Shown piece by piece: positions 1 to 10,451 of a DNA stretch of 28,882 nucleotides. This DNA comes from an uncultured Rhodospirillaceae bacterium (GTDB lineage Bacteria; Pseudomonadota; Alphaproteobacteria; UBA7887), in contig CAZVDW010000614.1 of NCBI GenBank assembly GCA_964625645.1, positions 1-28,882 of the forward strand, written 5' to 3'. The stretch's first letter is position 1. Every line of letters starts with the position of its first letter. Under the pieces are notes generated by a model. The model did no database searches, was not told the DNA's origin, and saw nothing but the letters and a program-made list of their open reading frames with translations. The position numbers were made by a program, and so were the translations under genes.

Positions 1-1
1 T

Positions 2-289
2 CTTAAATACCAGAAAATAGGCTAGCGGATAGGCCAGCATCATTGCCGAAAATGCGACCAGAATGGCGATTTTTGCCGTCCTGATCAGAACTTGGAAATA
101 TTGCGGGTCGGTGAAAATCTGGATGTAGTTGCCGAACTGGAACGCCGGCACGAAGATTGGATACTGCCGGATATAGAAGCTGTAGGAAAACATGATCAGA
201 TAGGGGATGAACAGAAACCCCAACACCCACAGCAGTGGCCCTGAAACAAGAATATAGGAAGCGACGCGGTTGCGGGTGCTCAGTTTCAA
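2..289 (-). CDS. potB: Polyamine ABC transporter permease, PotB-like (N-terminal part, runs off the window edge)
   Basis: Manual translation from TTG at 289 (TTGA overlap with the potA stop): MKLSTRNRVASYILVSGPLLWVLGFLFIPYLIMFSYSF...FGNYIQIFTDPQYFQVLIRTAKIAILVAFSAMMLAYPLAYFL. This is a typical PotB/CysT N-terminus. Not in the ORF track, whose 3..230 ORF is a different frame. Confidence 0.85.
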   Translation of the reverse strand, partial: MKLSTRNRVASYILVSGPLLWVLGFLFIPYLIMFSYSFYIRQYPIFVPAFQFGNYIQIFTDPQYFQVLIRTAKIAILVAFSAMMLAYPLAYFLVFK

Positions 290-1401
290 TGTCCGGCCTC
301 TATCGGAAACACCGAAACAGCACGCGGATCGAAGGCGACGGACGCACGCACGCCAGGTTGCGGCATGGCCGAAAGCTTGGCTGTCGAACGCATATGCACC
401 TCGACAAAGAACGGGGTTTCCGTTGCGATATCAAGATTCATCTCGATCCGGATCACGTTGCCTTGGAACAGACAGCCGCGGACCGTGCCGGCCACCACGT
501 TATGGCCCTCGGGCGCCATCTCGCCTTCGCCCAGGTAACGGGTTTTCTCCGGCCGGATGCTGATGGTCGCCATCGCGCCGACCGTTAACGACGCGCCATC
601 GAGCAGGCTGCGTATCTCACCGCTTTCAAAGCCGATGGTCGCACCGGTCTTGTCGCTCGCCGAGACGCGCCCCGGGATCATGTTGGAGTTGCCGATGAAG
701 TCGGCGACATAGGCCGAAGCCGGGTGGTCGTACAGCTCGGTCGGCGTGCCCGACTGGGCGATGCGGCCCTCCTTCATCACGACGATGCGGTCCGACATCA
801 CCATGGCTTCGGTTTGGTCGTGGGTGACGAGGACGAATGTCAGCCCCGATCTCTCGTGCAGGTGCTTCAATTCCACCTGCATGGCCTCGCGCAGCTTCGC
901 GTCCAGCGAAGACAGGGGCTCGTCCAGCAACAGCACCTTGGGGTGGCGGATCAGGGCGCGGGCCAAGGCAACGCGCTGTTTTTGGCCGCCGGACAATTGC
1001 CCGGGCCGGTCCTCGGCTTTATCGTCGAGCCCGACCATGCTCAAGGCATCGGCGACCTGCCGCTCGATATCAGACTTCGCGACGCCGGCGACCCGCAAGC
1101 CATAGCCGACGTTGCGGGCAACCGTCATATGGGGAAACAGGGCGAAATCCTGGAAAACGGTATTGACCCGCCTTTGATAGGGCGGCAGCTCGGTGACATC
1201 CTCGCCGGCCAGCGAGACCCGACCATTGGTCGGCGTTTCAAAGCCGGCGATCAGGCGAAGCGTCGTTGTCTTGCCGCAACCGGAAGGGCCAAGCAGGGTA
1301 ACGAATTCGCCCTCCTTGACATCAAGCGACAGATCGTCGACGGCGACAACATCGCCGGGATAGATCTTGGTTAGTCGGCTGAGCTGGATGATGTCGGACA
1401 T
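286..1401 (-). CDS. potA: Polyamine ABC transporter ATP-binding protein, PotA-like
   Basis: Walker A GPSGCGKTT, signature LSGGQKQR, Walker B LLLDEP, H-loop VTHDQ, TOBE-like C-terminus. Start moved to MSDIIQL at 1401. Confidence 0.92.
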   Translation of the reverse strand: MSDIIQLSRLTKIYPGDVVAVDDLSLDVKEGEFVTLLGPSGCGKTTTLRLIAGFETPTNGRVSLAGEDVTELPPYQRRVNTVFQDFALFPHMTVARNVGYGLRVAGVAKSDIERQVADALSMVGLDDKAEDRPGQLSGGQKQRVALARALIRHPKVLLLDEPLSSLDAKLREAMQVELKHLHERSGLTFVLVTHDQTEAMVMSDRIVVMKEGRIAQSGTPTELYDHPASAYVADFIGNSNMIPGRVSASDKTGATIGFESGEIRSLLDGASLTVGAMATISIRPEKTRYLGEGEMAPEGHNVVAGTVRGCLFQGNVIRIEMNLDIATETPFFVEVHMRSTAKLSAMPQPGVRASVAFDPRAVSVFPIEAGH

Positions 1402-1515
1402 TTGCGGGTTTCTCGAACGCTCTTTCCCTGACCCAATGGCCCGGCTGGACACTGTCCCGAAAAAAATCCCGGACAGCCTGTCAGGTCTGCCCGGGAATAG
1501 TACCTGGTTAGTGCT

Positions 1516-2580
1516 CTAATTTGCTGCCTTGACGGCATTCCAGGTGTTGGTATAGGCGCCAAAGCGATCGCCCAAATCGGCCCACAGAAGCAGACTGTCC
1601 AGATAATCCGGATCATCCTGGTGAAGGTCCGTGAACTGCTCGGGCGACATGCAGTTCCTTGCCGCCACAGGATTGGTCGACGAATAGCCGTTGACGTTCG
1701 ACATGCCGCACTGGCCCTGCTCGGAAATCGCCATATTGATCAGCTTGTAGACGCACTCGCTGTTCGCCGTGTCCTTGACGATCATCAACGAGTCGACCCA
1801 GCCCTCAGCCCCTTCCGCAGGGATGAATTCCTCGACCGGAATTCCCTGCTCGGCCAGTAGCGCCGACTGATAGCCACCCCAGGTATTGGAAATCCAGACC
1901 TCGCCATTGGCGTATAGATCGACCAGCTCACCGGCCGTCGACCAGTATTTGCGCACCATCGGCTTTTGTGCGATCAGCTTGATCTTGGCCTCTTCGAGCT
2001 GGGCATCGCTGAGGTTGTAGATATCCATGTTACCGAGTACGCGAGAGGCCACATAAATGGCACTCTTGTCGTCCCACAGCGAAATCTTGCCGGCGTACCT
2101 GTCCGACCACAATTCCGCCAGCGAAGTAGGTGGCGTGGCAATCTTGTCGGTCCGGTACATGAAGGGGATCGAGCCCCAGGAGAACGGCACGCCATAGGTT
2201 TGGCCACCGTCGTGAATGCCGCCGGAAACGCGGAACTTCTCATAGATTTCCTCATAGCGGCCAACCTGCGACAGGTCGATCGGCTCGACCAGGCCAGCCC
2301 TGATAAGCACCGGCGCGGTATCGATGGATGGGGTAATTACGTCGTAAACGCCGCCACCGGCAGCAAGTTTCGGCGCGAAATCGTCGTTCGAGCCGACATA
2401 GGTCGCCGACACCGTGCAGCCGCTGGCCGCTTCAAAATCCTTGATGAAGCTATCGTCCGCATAACCTTCCCAGGTCAGCATGTTGACTTCACCGGCGGAT
2501 GCTTGCGTGGCTGCCATGCCCAGCGCCAAGCCGGCAGCGATAAGCCCGATGCCCAGGCTTGCTGTATCAGGTTTCCTCAT
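1516..2580 (-). CDS. potD: Polyamine ABC transporter substrate-binding protein, PotD/PotF-like
   Basis: Signal peptide MRKPDTASLGIGLIAAGLALGMAATQASA, then VNMLTWEGY, PFSWGS and EGAEGWVDSLMI motifs. AGGGAGG SD upstream of ATG 2580. Confidence 0.85.
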   Translation of the reverse strand: MRKPDTASLGIGLIAAGLALGMAATQASAGEVNMLTWEGYADDSFIKDFEAASGCTVSATYVGSNDDFAPKLAAGGGVYDVITPSIDTAPVLIRAGLVEPIDLSQVGRYEEIYEKFRVSGGIHDGGQTYGVPFSWGSIPFMYRTDKIATPPTSLAELWSDRYAGKISLWDDKSAIYVASRVLGNMDIYNLSDAQLEEAKIKLIAQKPMVRKYWSTAGELVDLYANGEVWISNTWGGYQSALLAEQGIPVEEFIPAEGAEGWVDSLMIVKDTANSECVYKLINMAISEQGQCGMSNVNGYSSTNPVAARNCMSPEQFTDLHQDDPDYLDSLLLWADLGDRFGAYTNTWNAVKAAN

Positions 2581-2722
2581 AACGACTAGATCCTCCCTGG
2601 TGGATTGCGTGGGCTCGGAGCCATCGAACAATTCCGGCCACCGCAAATTCTTGGTAGGTTGTTTCCTGCCTCCGGCGAACCGTACTTTTCAGTCGATGAT
2701 AAATCAACTCGCCGTCGTGTCT

Positions 2723-4207
2723 TTACCAGCCGCCTTCGGCGCGGCGGTCATGCCTTTCTTCGACCCCGAGGTCGAAAACCAGAAGCTTGCGCTCGGTGAA
2801 CGTTTCCAGGAACCATTGCGACAGCTCGCGCCCGACCCCGCTGTTTCCGGCGCCGCCGAAGGGCGCCAGCTGATCCCAATAGTTACTGGTCTCGTTGATG
2901 TTGACGGAGCCATGCGGCAGGGCCTCTCCGACGCGCCAAGCGGTTGCCAGATCCCTGGTCCACAACGAGGCAATGAGGCCGAGGTCGCTTGAGTTGGCGA
3001 TCTCTATGGCTTCATCCGCCGAATTCACCTTGATGATCGGAGCGACCGGGCCGAAGGTTTCTTCCTGGGCGATCACCATGTCGGTGGTCACCCCGGTCAG
3101 CACCGTCGCCGGATAATAGAGCCCCTCCTCGGGCCCGGTTTGTTCGATCACCGCCCCCTTGGCCAACGCATCATTCACATGCTCGACGACGCGCCGCAAA
3201 GTCGTCTCGTTGCAAAGCGGCCCCATCTCGGTGTCTTCCGCGGCGGGATCGCCGATTTTCAGCTGCTTGGTCCGGGCTTTGAATTTTTCGACGAATTCAT
3301 CGTAGATATCGGCATGAACCAGAAGCCGTTCGGCCGAGGTGCACACCTGTCCGGTGTAATAGAAACACCCGTTCATGGCACCATCGACCGCGGCATCGAT
3401 ATCGGCATCGGCAAGGATGATGAAAGGACCGTCGCCACCGAGCTCCAACAGGTGCGGCCGGAGCGCCGCCTTGGCGGCGATCGTGCGCCCGGTCGCGGTC
3501 GATCCGGTGAAGAAGATGCCATTCACGTCAGTGTGCTCGACAAGCGCGGCCCCGGCTTCGCCTTGTCCCTGAACGACGTTGATAACGCCTTCGGGGAGCC
3601 CGGCTTCGATGAACAGGTCGGCCAGCATGGCGCAGGACACGGCGGCATATTCCGATGGCTTCCAGACCGCGGTATTGCCGGCGGCGACAATATGGGCCAG
3701 GGCGATCGACGAGATGTCGGTGGGGAAATTGTAAGGTGTGATCGCCGCGACAACGCCAAGCGGACGATGGCTGAGCACCAGGCGCTTATTGGTGGTTTGC
3801 TCCTGGGTGGACGGGAAAGACAGGCCGCGATGGCGCAACACCTCCTCGGCGGCCTTGCCCCAGGACGGGGCGGCATACTCGAACACTTCCTCACGCGCAT
3901 CGGTGATCGTTTTGGCGATCTCCGCGGTAATCATCTGGGCGATCGGTTCCGCCTTTTCCAGAAAAAGGCCATGAATTCGCCGCATGATCTTCGCTCGCTC
4001 GATGACCGGCATGGCGGCCCAACCAGGATGAGCGGCCTTCGCCGAGGCAACGGCCAGATCGATATCGGCGGTGGAGCACTTGCCGACATTATGCAAGAGT
4101 CCACCCGAATGCGGGGATCGAACCTCGAACGTTCCCGCCGAGCCGTCCACCCACTTGCCATCGATCAATGCTGCCTGGATCGGGGGCTCTGCTCCATCCT
4201 TCGGCAT
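2723..4207 (-). CDS. NAD(P)+-dependent aldehyde dehydrogenase
   Basis: ITPYNFP, WKPSE, FTGS, catalytic Glu in LELGG, catalytic Cys in GQVCTS, EETFGP. AGAGGA SD before ATG 4207 (TTG 4213 is an alternative start). Confidence 0.93.
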   Translation of the reverse strand: MPKDGAEPPIQAALIDGKWVDGSAGTFEVRSPHSGGLLHNVGKCSTADIDLAVASAKAAHPGWAAMPVIERAKIMRRIHGLFLEKAEPIAQMITAEIAKTITDAREEVFEYAAPSWGKAAEEVLRHRGLSFPSTQEQTTNKRLVLSHRPLGVVAAITPYNFPTDISSIALAHIVAAGNTAVWKPSEYAAVSCAMLADLFIEAGLPEGVINVVQGQGEAGAALVEHTDVNGIFFTGSTATGRTIAAKAALRPHLLELGGDGPFIILADADIDAAVDGAMNGCFYYTGQVCTSAERLLVHADIYDEFVEKFKARTKQLKIGDPAAEDTEMGPLCNETTLRRVVEHVNDALAKGAVIEQTGPEEGLYYPATVLTGVTTDMVIAQEETFGPVAPIIKVNSADEAIEIANSSDLGLIASLWTRDLATAWRVGEALPHGSVNINETSNYWDQLAPFGGAGNSGVGRELSQWFLETFTERKLLVFDLGVEERHDRRAEGGW

Positions 4208-4276
4208 GTTCAAAATCCTCTCTGATTGTGTCTTTTTGTCAGCGCGCCCGTCGCGCCCAGACAGCGTTCTTGTCCA

Positions 4277-4975
4277 TCATATCGACGGACCGCCCGACCC
4301 GGTAGGCCTTTGCGGGCGCTCGCCGATACAGCCAATGTGGCGGTCGCCGCGGCAAGCCGGTTTCCGACGGTTCACGGTCTTCTCAATAGCATCTTCGTAT
4401 TCCGCTTCGGACCCGAAGACGTTGATCGAAATTCCCCGCCGCCTTGGCTGGCGAGATTGCTGAGGAACCGGAACCATGAACGAGCTCGCCGCCGGCAGCC
4501 GGTGGAGCCCTGCCTCGAGCCGGGAGACCATACGGCCGAGATCGGCGGCCAGGGCCTCGGGCAACGGCAGCGCGCCGACACCGCCATCCGGCTTCGGCCG
4601 CTTGCGCGCCACATGTCCCGCCACGATATTGGTGCCGGGGATGGCGTGCATGTCCTTGTAATTCGTCGGCAGGGCGCGCCCGAGGGCGTTGAAGGCATTG
4701 CCGCTGTTCGCCAGGGTGCCGGTGATGCGCAGATTGGCCTTGCTCTCGAAGCCGGCGATGGCGGCCGACAGCGAGTCGATATCGCGCGTGCTGTTCCTGC
4801 CGTCGATCGGCCCCGGCCACAGCGGCCGCCCGTTCGATCCCTTGATCTGCTTCAGTGCCGCCTGCACCACTGCCACGTCCTCGATCTTGTTCGGACCCCG
4901 TCTGCCAAGCGCAGCGTATCTTCTGGAAGGCGATCCGTTCGCTATCGGGTTCATGGGCATGATCTGGAACGGCAA
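4277..4975 (-). pseudogene. Truncated paralogue of the N-terminal peptidoglycan-binding-like module of the 5489-7447 protein, fused to unrelated 3' sequence
   Basis: 4538-4891 aligns without gaps to 7055-7408: 105/118 aa identical by hand count, with a 43-bp perfect block at 4675-4717 = 7192-7234. Similarity is lost after about 4490. Start codon uncertain and no clear SD. Confidence 0.7.
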
Positions 4976-5075
4976 AGCAGGAGCTTGGGCTTAAGCATCA
5001 TGTCTTACGCACGGTTGCTCTTAGAATTATCGACGCGCCCGCGCAAATCCACTCCTTTGGCAATGCTTGCACCGA

Positions 5076-5492
5076 TCAAAATCCCTCAAACTCGCCCCAT
5101 CCTCGGTAAATCTCGATGAGCTTTCCGTCTCGGAAGAATATCTTGAAGGTGAGGTATCGCTCACCATCCGGGTGAAAGTACCACAAATCCGCGTCCATCA
5201 AGAAGCCTTCCGCATTCACGTCGTCCAAAGAGAAACTTGATGGCGCTCCCGGGATGAAATTCCCGACAATGGAAATTTGCCTGTCGGAATAATGTCGTTG
5301 GAGGTGTTCAAAGGATTCTTTCTTCGTTGCCCCAACAACAAAACCGTACGCCGAACCTTCGGTGAAGGTATCGTGCCCGACGAAATAGTCCACGTAGATC
5401 ATGGCCGCAAGGAAGGCGACGCCCAACAGGATGATGAGCGCCGCCAGCAAACGCCCGATCCATTTCCATGCTGTCGGCGTGGCGCGCGTCAT
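5076..5492 (-). CDS. 138-aa membrane-anchored hypothetical protein; candidate immunity protein
   Basis: ATG at 5492 overlaps the upstream TGA (ATGA, 5489-5492). N-terminal TM helix WIGRLLAALIILLGVAFLAAMIYV, then a soluble domain ending LTFKIFFRDGKLIEIY. AT-richer than its flanks. Confidence 0.7.
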   Translation of the reverse strand: MTRATPTAWKWIGRLLAALIILLGVAFLAAMIYVDYFVGHDTFTEGSAYGFVVGATKKESFEHLQRHYSDRQISIVGNFIPGAPSSFSLDDVNAEGFLMDADLWYFHPDGERYLTFKIFFRDGKLIEIYRGWGEFEGF

Positions 5493-7447
5493 GGATACTG
5501 GTCGCCGAAATTGATGAGGTCCCAATTGCCGGCACCAAGATAGCCGACAATGCCGGGACTTTCGGGCAGCGGAACTTCTCCGCGTGTATTGGCTTGGTTG
5601 GCGATCGCCTGCGCCGCGGAATTGCTGTTGGCAACGAGGTCGCTTACCACCAACAGGGCATATGCCTGATCCATAACGAGATTCTCGGCAAGCCAGCGCA
5701 CTTCCGTTGCCTCGGCATAGATTGGTGATACCTCCGCCGGCAATGGCCATTTTTTGTTTGCATTGCCCGCCTCTGCCAGGCTCTCCCAGAACGCCACGTC
5801 GTCGCGATGTGTGGTCTCTGACCAGTCATCTTTGAATTCATCGTCAACTCGGCCCAAGAGTTTTTGTGGAATTTCGATACGCGTTCCCTTCAACATGTAG
5901 AGGGTTGATTCGAGGCGTCGCAAGACCGTCCCGGTGCGGGCATAGGAGTAAACGCTGGCTTCGGGATCGCCGATGTATCGCGCACCGGCAACAATGAAGA
6001 GATGCCCGCCGATGTATTCGCCTGCCGGAAAGCCCAGTGGCCTGCCGACGAGAAACGATGCCGTATCGTAGAGTGCGAAAACGTCGTTGTTCACATGCTC
6101 GATGTCACCCACAGCGGCCCGCGGCAGTCGCAGCACCAGGCGCCCCGGCGGCGCGTCCCGATCGAGCGCGAGCGGCGGATATTCGGCAAGGATATCGACC
6201 AAGGCATCGCGGGTCGGCGTCGGCGTTTCGAGCGCCGGCAGCGCGTTGCCAGATGCATCGAGGAATGCGCCATGTCCGAGGCTCATTTCGATCTTGATAT
6301 CGTTGAACACCTCACGCGGCATGGCACGCAGCGTCAGCGCGAGGCCGAAGCGCTGCTCGACCGTGGCGGCAAGCCTGGTCAGGGGCACTCGCAAATCCTC
6401 GGGCACTTGCGCGAGCGGAACCGCCGCCGGCCCGACCTGCCGATCGATATAGGCCAATGGCATGCCGCGCACTCCGCGCAGCCCCTTGAGCTCGCTCGGC
6501 AGCAGCGCCGACAGCGCCTTTACGCTGGCATCGCCGGGTTTGACGGTGCCTGTCGCATCGAGGCCGGCAGCGGCTTGGAAGGCGGACAAAGCCGCGTTGA
6601 GATCGTTGCTTGCCCTGCCATCGACCTTGCCCTCCCAGAACGGATCAGAGGCGCCCGGCGTGGTGATATTGGCCAGCGCCGCCTGCAAGGCCGCCACGTC
6701 ATGGATGGCATTGCCGCCGCCTTTGCCGACCGAGCCCGTGAACACGGGCCAGGCGTTGGAGCCGCCGGCCAGACGCGCGGCAGGGAAGGACTGCGTATCC
6801 GTCGAGACCAACGTCAACTGGGCGCCCTGCATCTGCGAGAGCTTGAAACGCTGCGAACCGCCGACGGCGGTATCAACGAGGCGCTGGATCACCTGCGGCA
6901 CAGGCGCGGTCTTGCCGGGGATGCGGCCCTGGGGGTCGAGGAAGCGCAGGCCGAGATCGACCGTGACCTTGTCGTGGCCGTTGGCATCGGCGCCGTCCGC
7001 GCGCACCGTCGGCAGATAGTTGAGCGCTTTCTCCAGGCGGCGCACCAGAGCCAGCAGGTCGGCGGCCAGGGCCTCGGGCAATGCCAGCTCGCTAACCCCG
7101 CCATCGGGCTTGGGCCGTTTGCGCGCGACGTGCCCGGCGACGATATTGGTGCCGGGAACCCCGTGCATGTCCTTGTAGTTGGTCGGCAAGCCGCGCCCGA
7201 GGGCGTTGAAGGCATTGCCGCTGTTCGCCAGGGTCCCCGTGAGGCGCAAATTGGCCTTGCTCTCGAAGCCGGCGATGGCGGCCGACAGCGAGTCGATGTC
7301 GCGCGTGCCGGTCTTGCCGTCGATCGGCCCCGGCCACAACGGCCGGCCGTTCCTGCCCCTGATCTGCTTCAGTGCCGCCTGCACCAGTGCCACATCCTCG
7401 ATCTTGTTGCTGCTCATTTCGCCGACCGGCCTGGTCATCATAAACAT
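5489..7447 (-). CDS. 652-aa protein with two peptidoglycan-binding-like repeats and a C-terminal putative permuted papain-like hydrolase domain; candidate toxin/effector
   Basis: Repeats RPVGEMSSNKIEDVALVQAAL...DG...AIAGFE...TG and GSVGKGGGNAIHDVAALQAAL...VDG...ALSAFQ...TG match the SVG..N..DV..VQ..L...DG...AI..FQ pattern of PG-binding domains. The C-terminus has GHLFIV and YALLVVSDLVANSNS. AAAGG SD before ATG 7447. Confidence 0.72.
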   Translation of the reverse strand: MFMMTRPVGEMSSNKIEDVALVQAALKQIRGRNGRPLWPGPIDGKTGTRDIDSLSAAIAGFESKANLRLTGTLANSGNAFNALGRGLPTNYKDMHGVPGTNIVAGHVARKRPKPDGGVSELALPEALAADLLALVRRLEKALNYLPTVRADGADANGHDKVTVDLGLRFLDPQGRIPGKTAPVPQVIQRLVDTAVGGSQRFKLSQMQGAQLTLVSTDTQSFPAARLAGGSNAWPVFTGSVGKGGGNAIHDVAALQAALANITTPGASDPFWEGKVDGRASNDLNAALSAFQAAAGLDATGTVKPGDASVKALSALLPSELKGLRGVRGMPLAYIDRQVGPAAVPLAQVPEDLRVPLTRLAATVEQRFGLALTLRAMPREVFNDIKIEMSLGHGAFLDASGNALPALETPTPTRDALVDILAEYPPLALDRDAPPGRLVLRLPRAAVGDIEHVNNDVFALYDTASFLVGRPLGFPAGEYIGGHLFIVAGARYIGDPEASVYSYARTGTVLRRLESTLYMLKGTRIEIPQKLLGRVDDEFKDDWSETTHRDDVAFWESLAEAGNANKKWPLPAEVSPIYAEATEVRWLAENLVMDQAYALLVVSDLVANSNSAAQAIANQANTRGEVPLPESPGIVGYLGAGNWDLINFGDQYP

Positions 7448-7494
7448 TGTTGCGCCTTTCAATTGGGGATGGCAACAAAAATTTCTTTGCACCG

Positions 7495-7564
7495 TCCCAA
7501 TATGGGGATTTACGTCATCGCATCAACCCATCGGGGGCGAGTTTTGGGAGAAAACTCCCAATAT
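7495..7564. promoter_or_regulatory. Putative operator palindromes in the AT-rich divergent promoter region
   Basis: TCCCAATATGGGGA (7495-7508, one mispair), perfect TTGGGAG-AAAA-CTCCCAA (7544-7561), and TCCCAATAT directly repeated at 7495 and 7556. Confidence 0.35.
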
Positions 7565-7760
7565 ACTGAAATCAAGCCAGAAAATAACGCGAGATGTCTT
7601 CGATACTGCTACATAATGTCTCCATTATCTGTCACCAGAAAGTGACATACGGCGAATCGGTGCCGCCGGCGCGGCCGGGAATGGCGGATTGACGGCGGCG
7701 TGCGGGCTGCGGAGAATGGCCGCTTCGGCGGGAGTGGCGGTCAAAGGACGGGAGCTTGGC

Positions 7761-8621
7761 ATGGTGAGTTTCGCGGCGCTAGACGGGCCGTTCGGCGTGG
7801 CGGTGCATGGGGTGGACGTGGCGGCCGGCGTCGATGACGAGACTTTCCGCGCCCTGGCGCAAGCGCTTTACGACAAGCGCGTCATCGTCATCAAGAGCCA
7901 GGACTGCGGCAAGGACGCCTATCTCGCCTTCGGGCGCCAATGGGGGGCGCCGATCCCGCATGTGGTCGACACCGCGCGCATGCCCGATTTTCCCGAGATG
8001 ATGGCGCTCGGCAACACCACGGAATGGGCCAAGGACGATATCAGCCGCAACGCCGCCGCCTTCTGGCACACCGACCAGTCCTACGATGCCGATCCGGCGA
8101 CCTCGACCATGCTCTATGCGCGCAATATGCCGGATGTCGGCGGCCAGACCCGCGTGGCCGACATGAAGGCGGCCTATGACGATCTCGACGAGGAGACGCG
8201 CGCCCGCCTCGACGCTCTCGTCGCCAGGCATTTCTACGGCGCCACCTCGGGCCAGGACGGCGAGCTCGGCATCGCCCGGGTCACCGCGCGCCAGGCCGCG
8301 GAAGTGCCGCCGGTGCCGCACCGTCTGGTGCGCCGGCATACGGTGACGGGCGAGAAGGCGCTCTACGCGGTGGCGGGCACGGCTTACGGCATCGAGGGCA
8401 TGGCGAACGCCGCGGCGCTGGCGCTGATCGCCGAGCTGAAAGCCCATGTCACCCAGGGGAAATATGTCTACGAGCACGCCTACGAGGTCGGCGACATCGC
8501 CATGTGGGACACCCAGATGACCCTGCATGCCGCGACCCCCATCGGCCTGCCCGACGGCCCCGGCAGCGAGCGCCTAGTCTGGCGCATCAGCGTGCGCGGC
8601 AAGCCGCCGATATTCCAGTAG
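7761..8621 (+). CDS. TauD/TfdA family Fe(II)/alpha-ketoglutarate-dependent dioxygenase
   Basis: HxD facial triad in FWHTDQSY, distal His in WDTQMTLHAA, Arg in RLVWRISV, and H.LVRRH..TGEKALY. Start taken at MVSFAAL (7761). Confidence 0.9.
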   Translation: MVSFAALDGPFGVAVHGVDVAAGVDDETFRALAQALYDKRVIVIKSQDCGKDAYLAFGRQWGAPIPHVVDTARMPDFPEMMALGNTTEWAKDDISRNAAAFWHTDQSYDADPATSTMLYARNMPDVGGQTRVADMKAAYDDLDEETRARLDALVARHFYGATSGQDGELGIARVTARQAAEVPPVPHRLVRRHTVTGEKALYAVAGTAYGIEGMANAAALALIAELKAHVTQGKYVYEHAYEVGDIAMWDTQMTLHAATPIGLPDGPGSERLVWRISVRGKPPIFQ

Positions 8622-8652
8622 ATCGACAGTCGAACGACAAGGGAGAGAGGCC

Positions 8653-10289
<1,637 letters not shown>

Positions 10290-10293
<4 letters not shown>

Positions 10294-10394
10294 TTCCGGC
10301 CGGGCACCTTGTGATTGGCCCAGGCCAGCGTCAGGCCGAAAGCGCTGAAGGCGGCCAGGATAAGGATCAGATAAAGAGTCTCGGCGGAGTCCAT
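10290..10394 (-). CDS. 34-aa single-TM small protein
   Basis: MDSAETLYLILILAAFSAFGLTLAWANHKVPGRN*. AGGGAGG SD about 6 nt before the ATG. The TAG overlaps the ligase TAA convergently. Below the ORF-track length cutoff. Confidence 0.7.
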
Positions 10395-10451
10395 GTTTTG
10401 CCCTCCCTGTTTCCCATCGCCAAGAGACTGCACGGGCCAGGTTTTCGCTCC

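Noticed and set aside
3-230. 75-aa ORF from the track
   Set aside because: Wrong frame; the PotB-like reading frame starting at TTG 289 explains this region.
1452-1476. Terminator between potD and potA
   Set aside because: Only a 6-bp stem (CTGTCC/GGACAG) with a 13-nt loop; too weak to call.
5493-5750. N-terminal extension of the 5076-5750 ORF
   Set aside because: It overlaps the effector C-terminus; the ATGA-coupled start at 5492 is more plausible.
4277-7447. Diversity-generating retroelement TR/VR pair
   Set aside because: Differences between the copies are not restricted to adenines, they lie in the N-terminal region, and there is no reverse transcriptase.
6002-7645. 547-aa plus-strand ORF, and likewise 4226-5119
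   Set aside because: Antisense to the effector gene; R/A/G-rich shadow composition.
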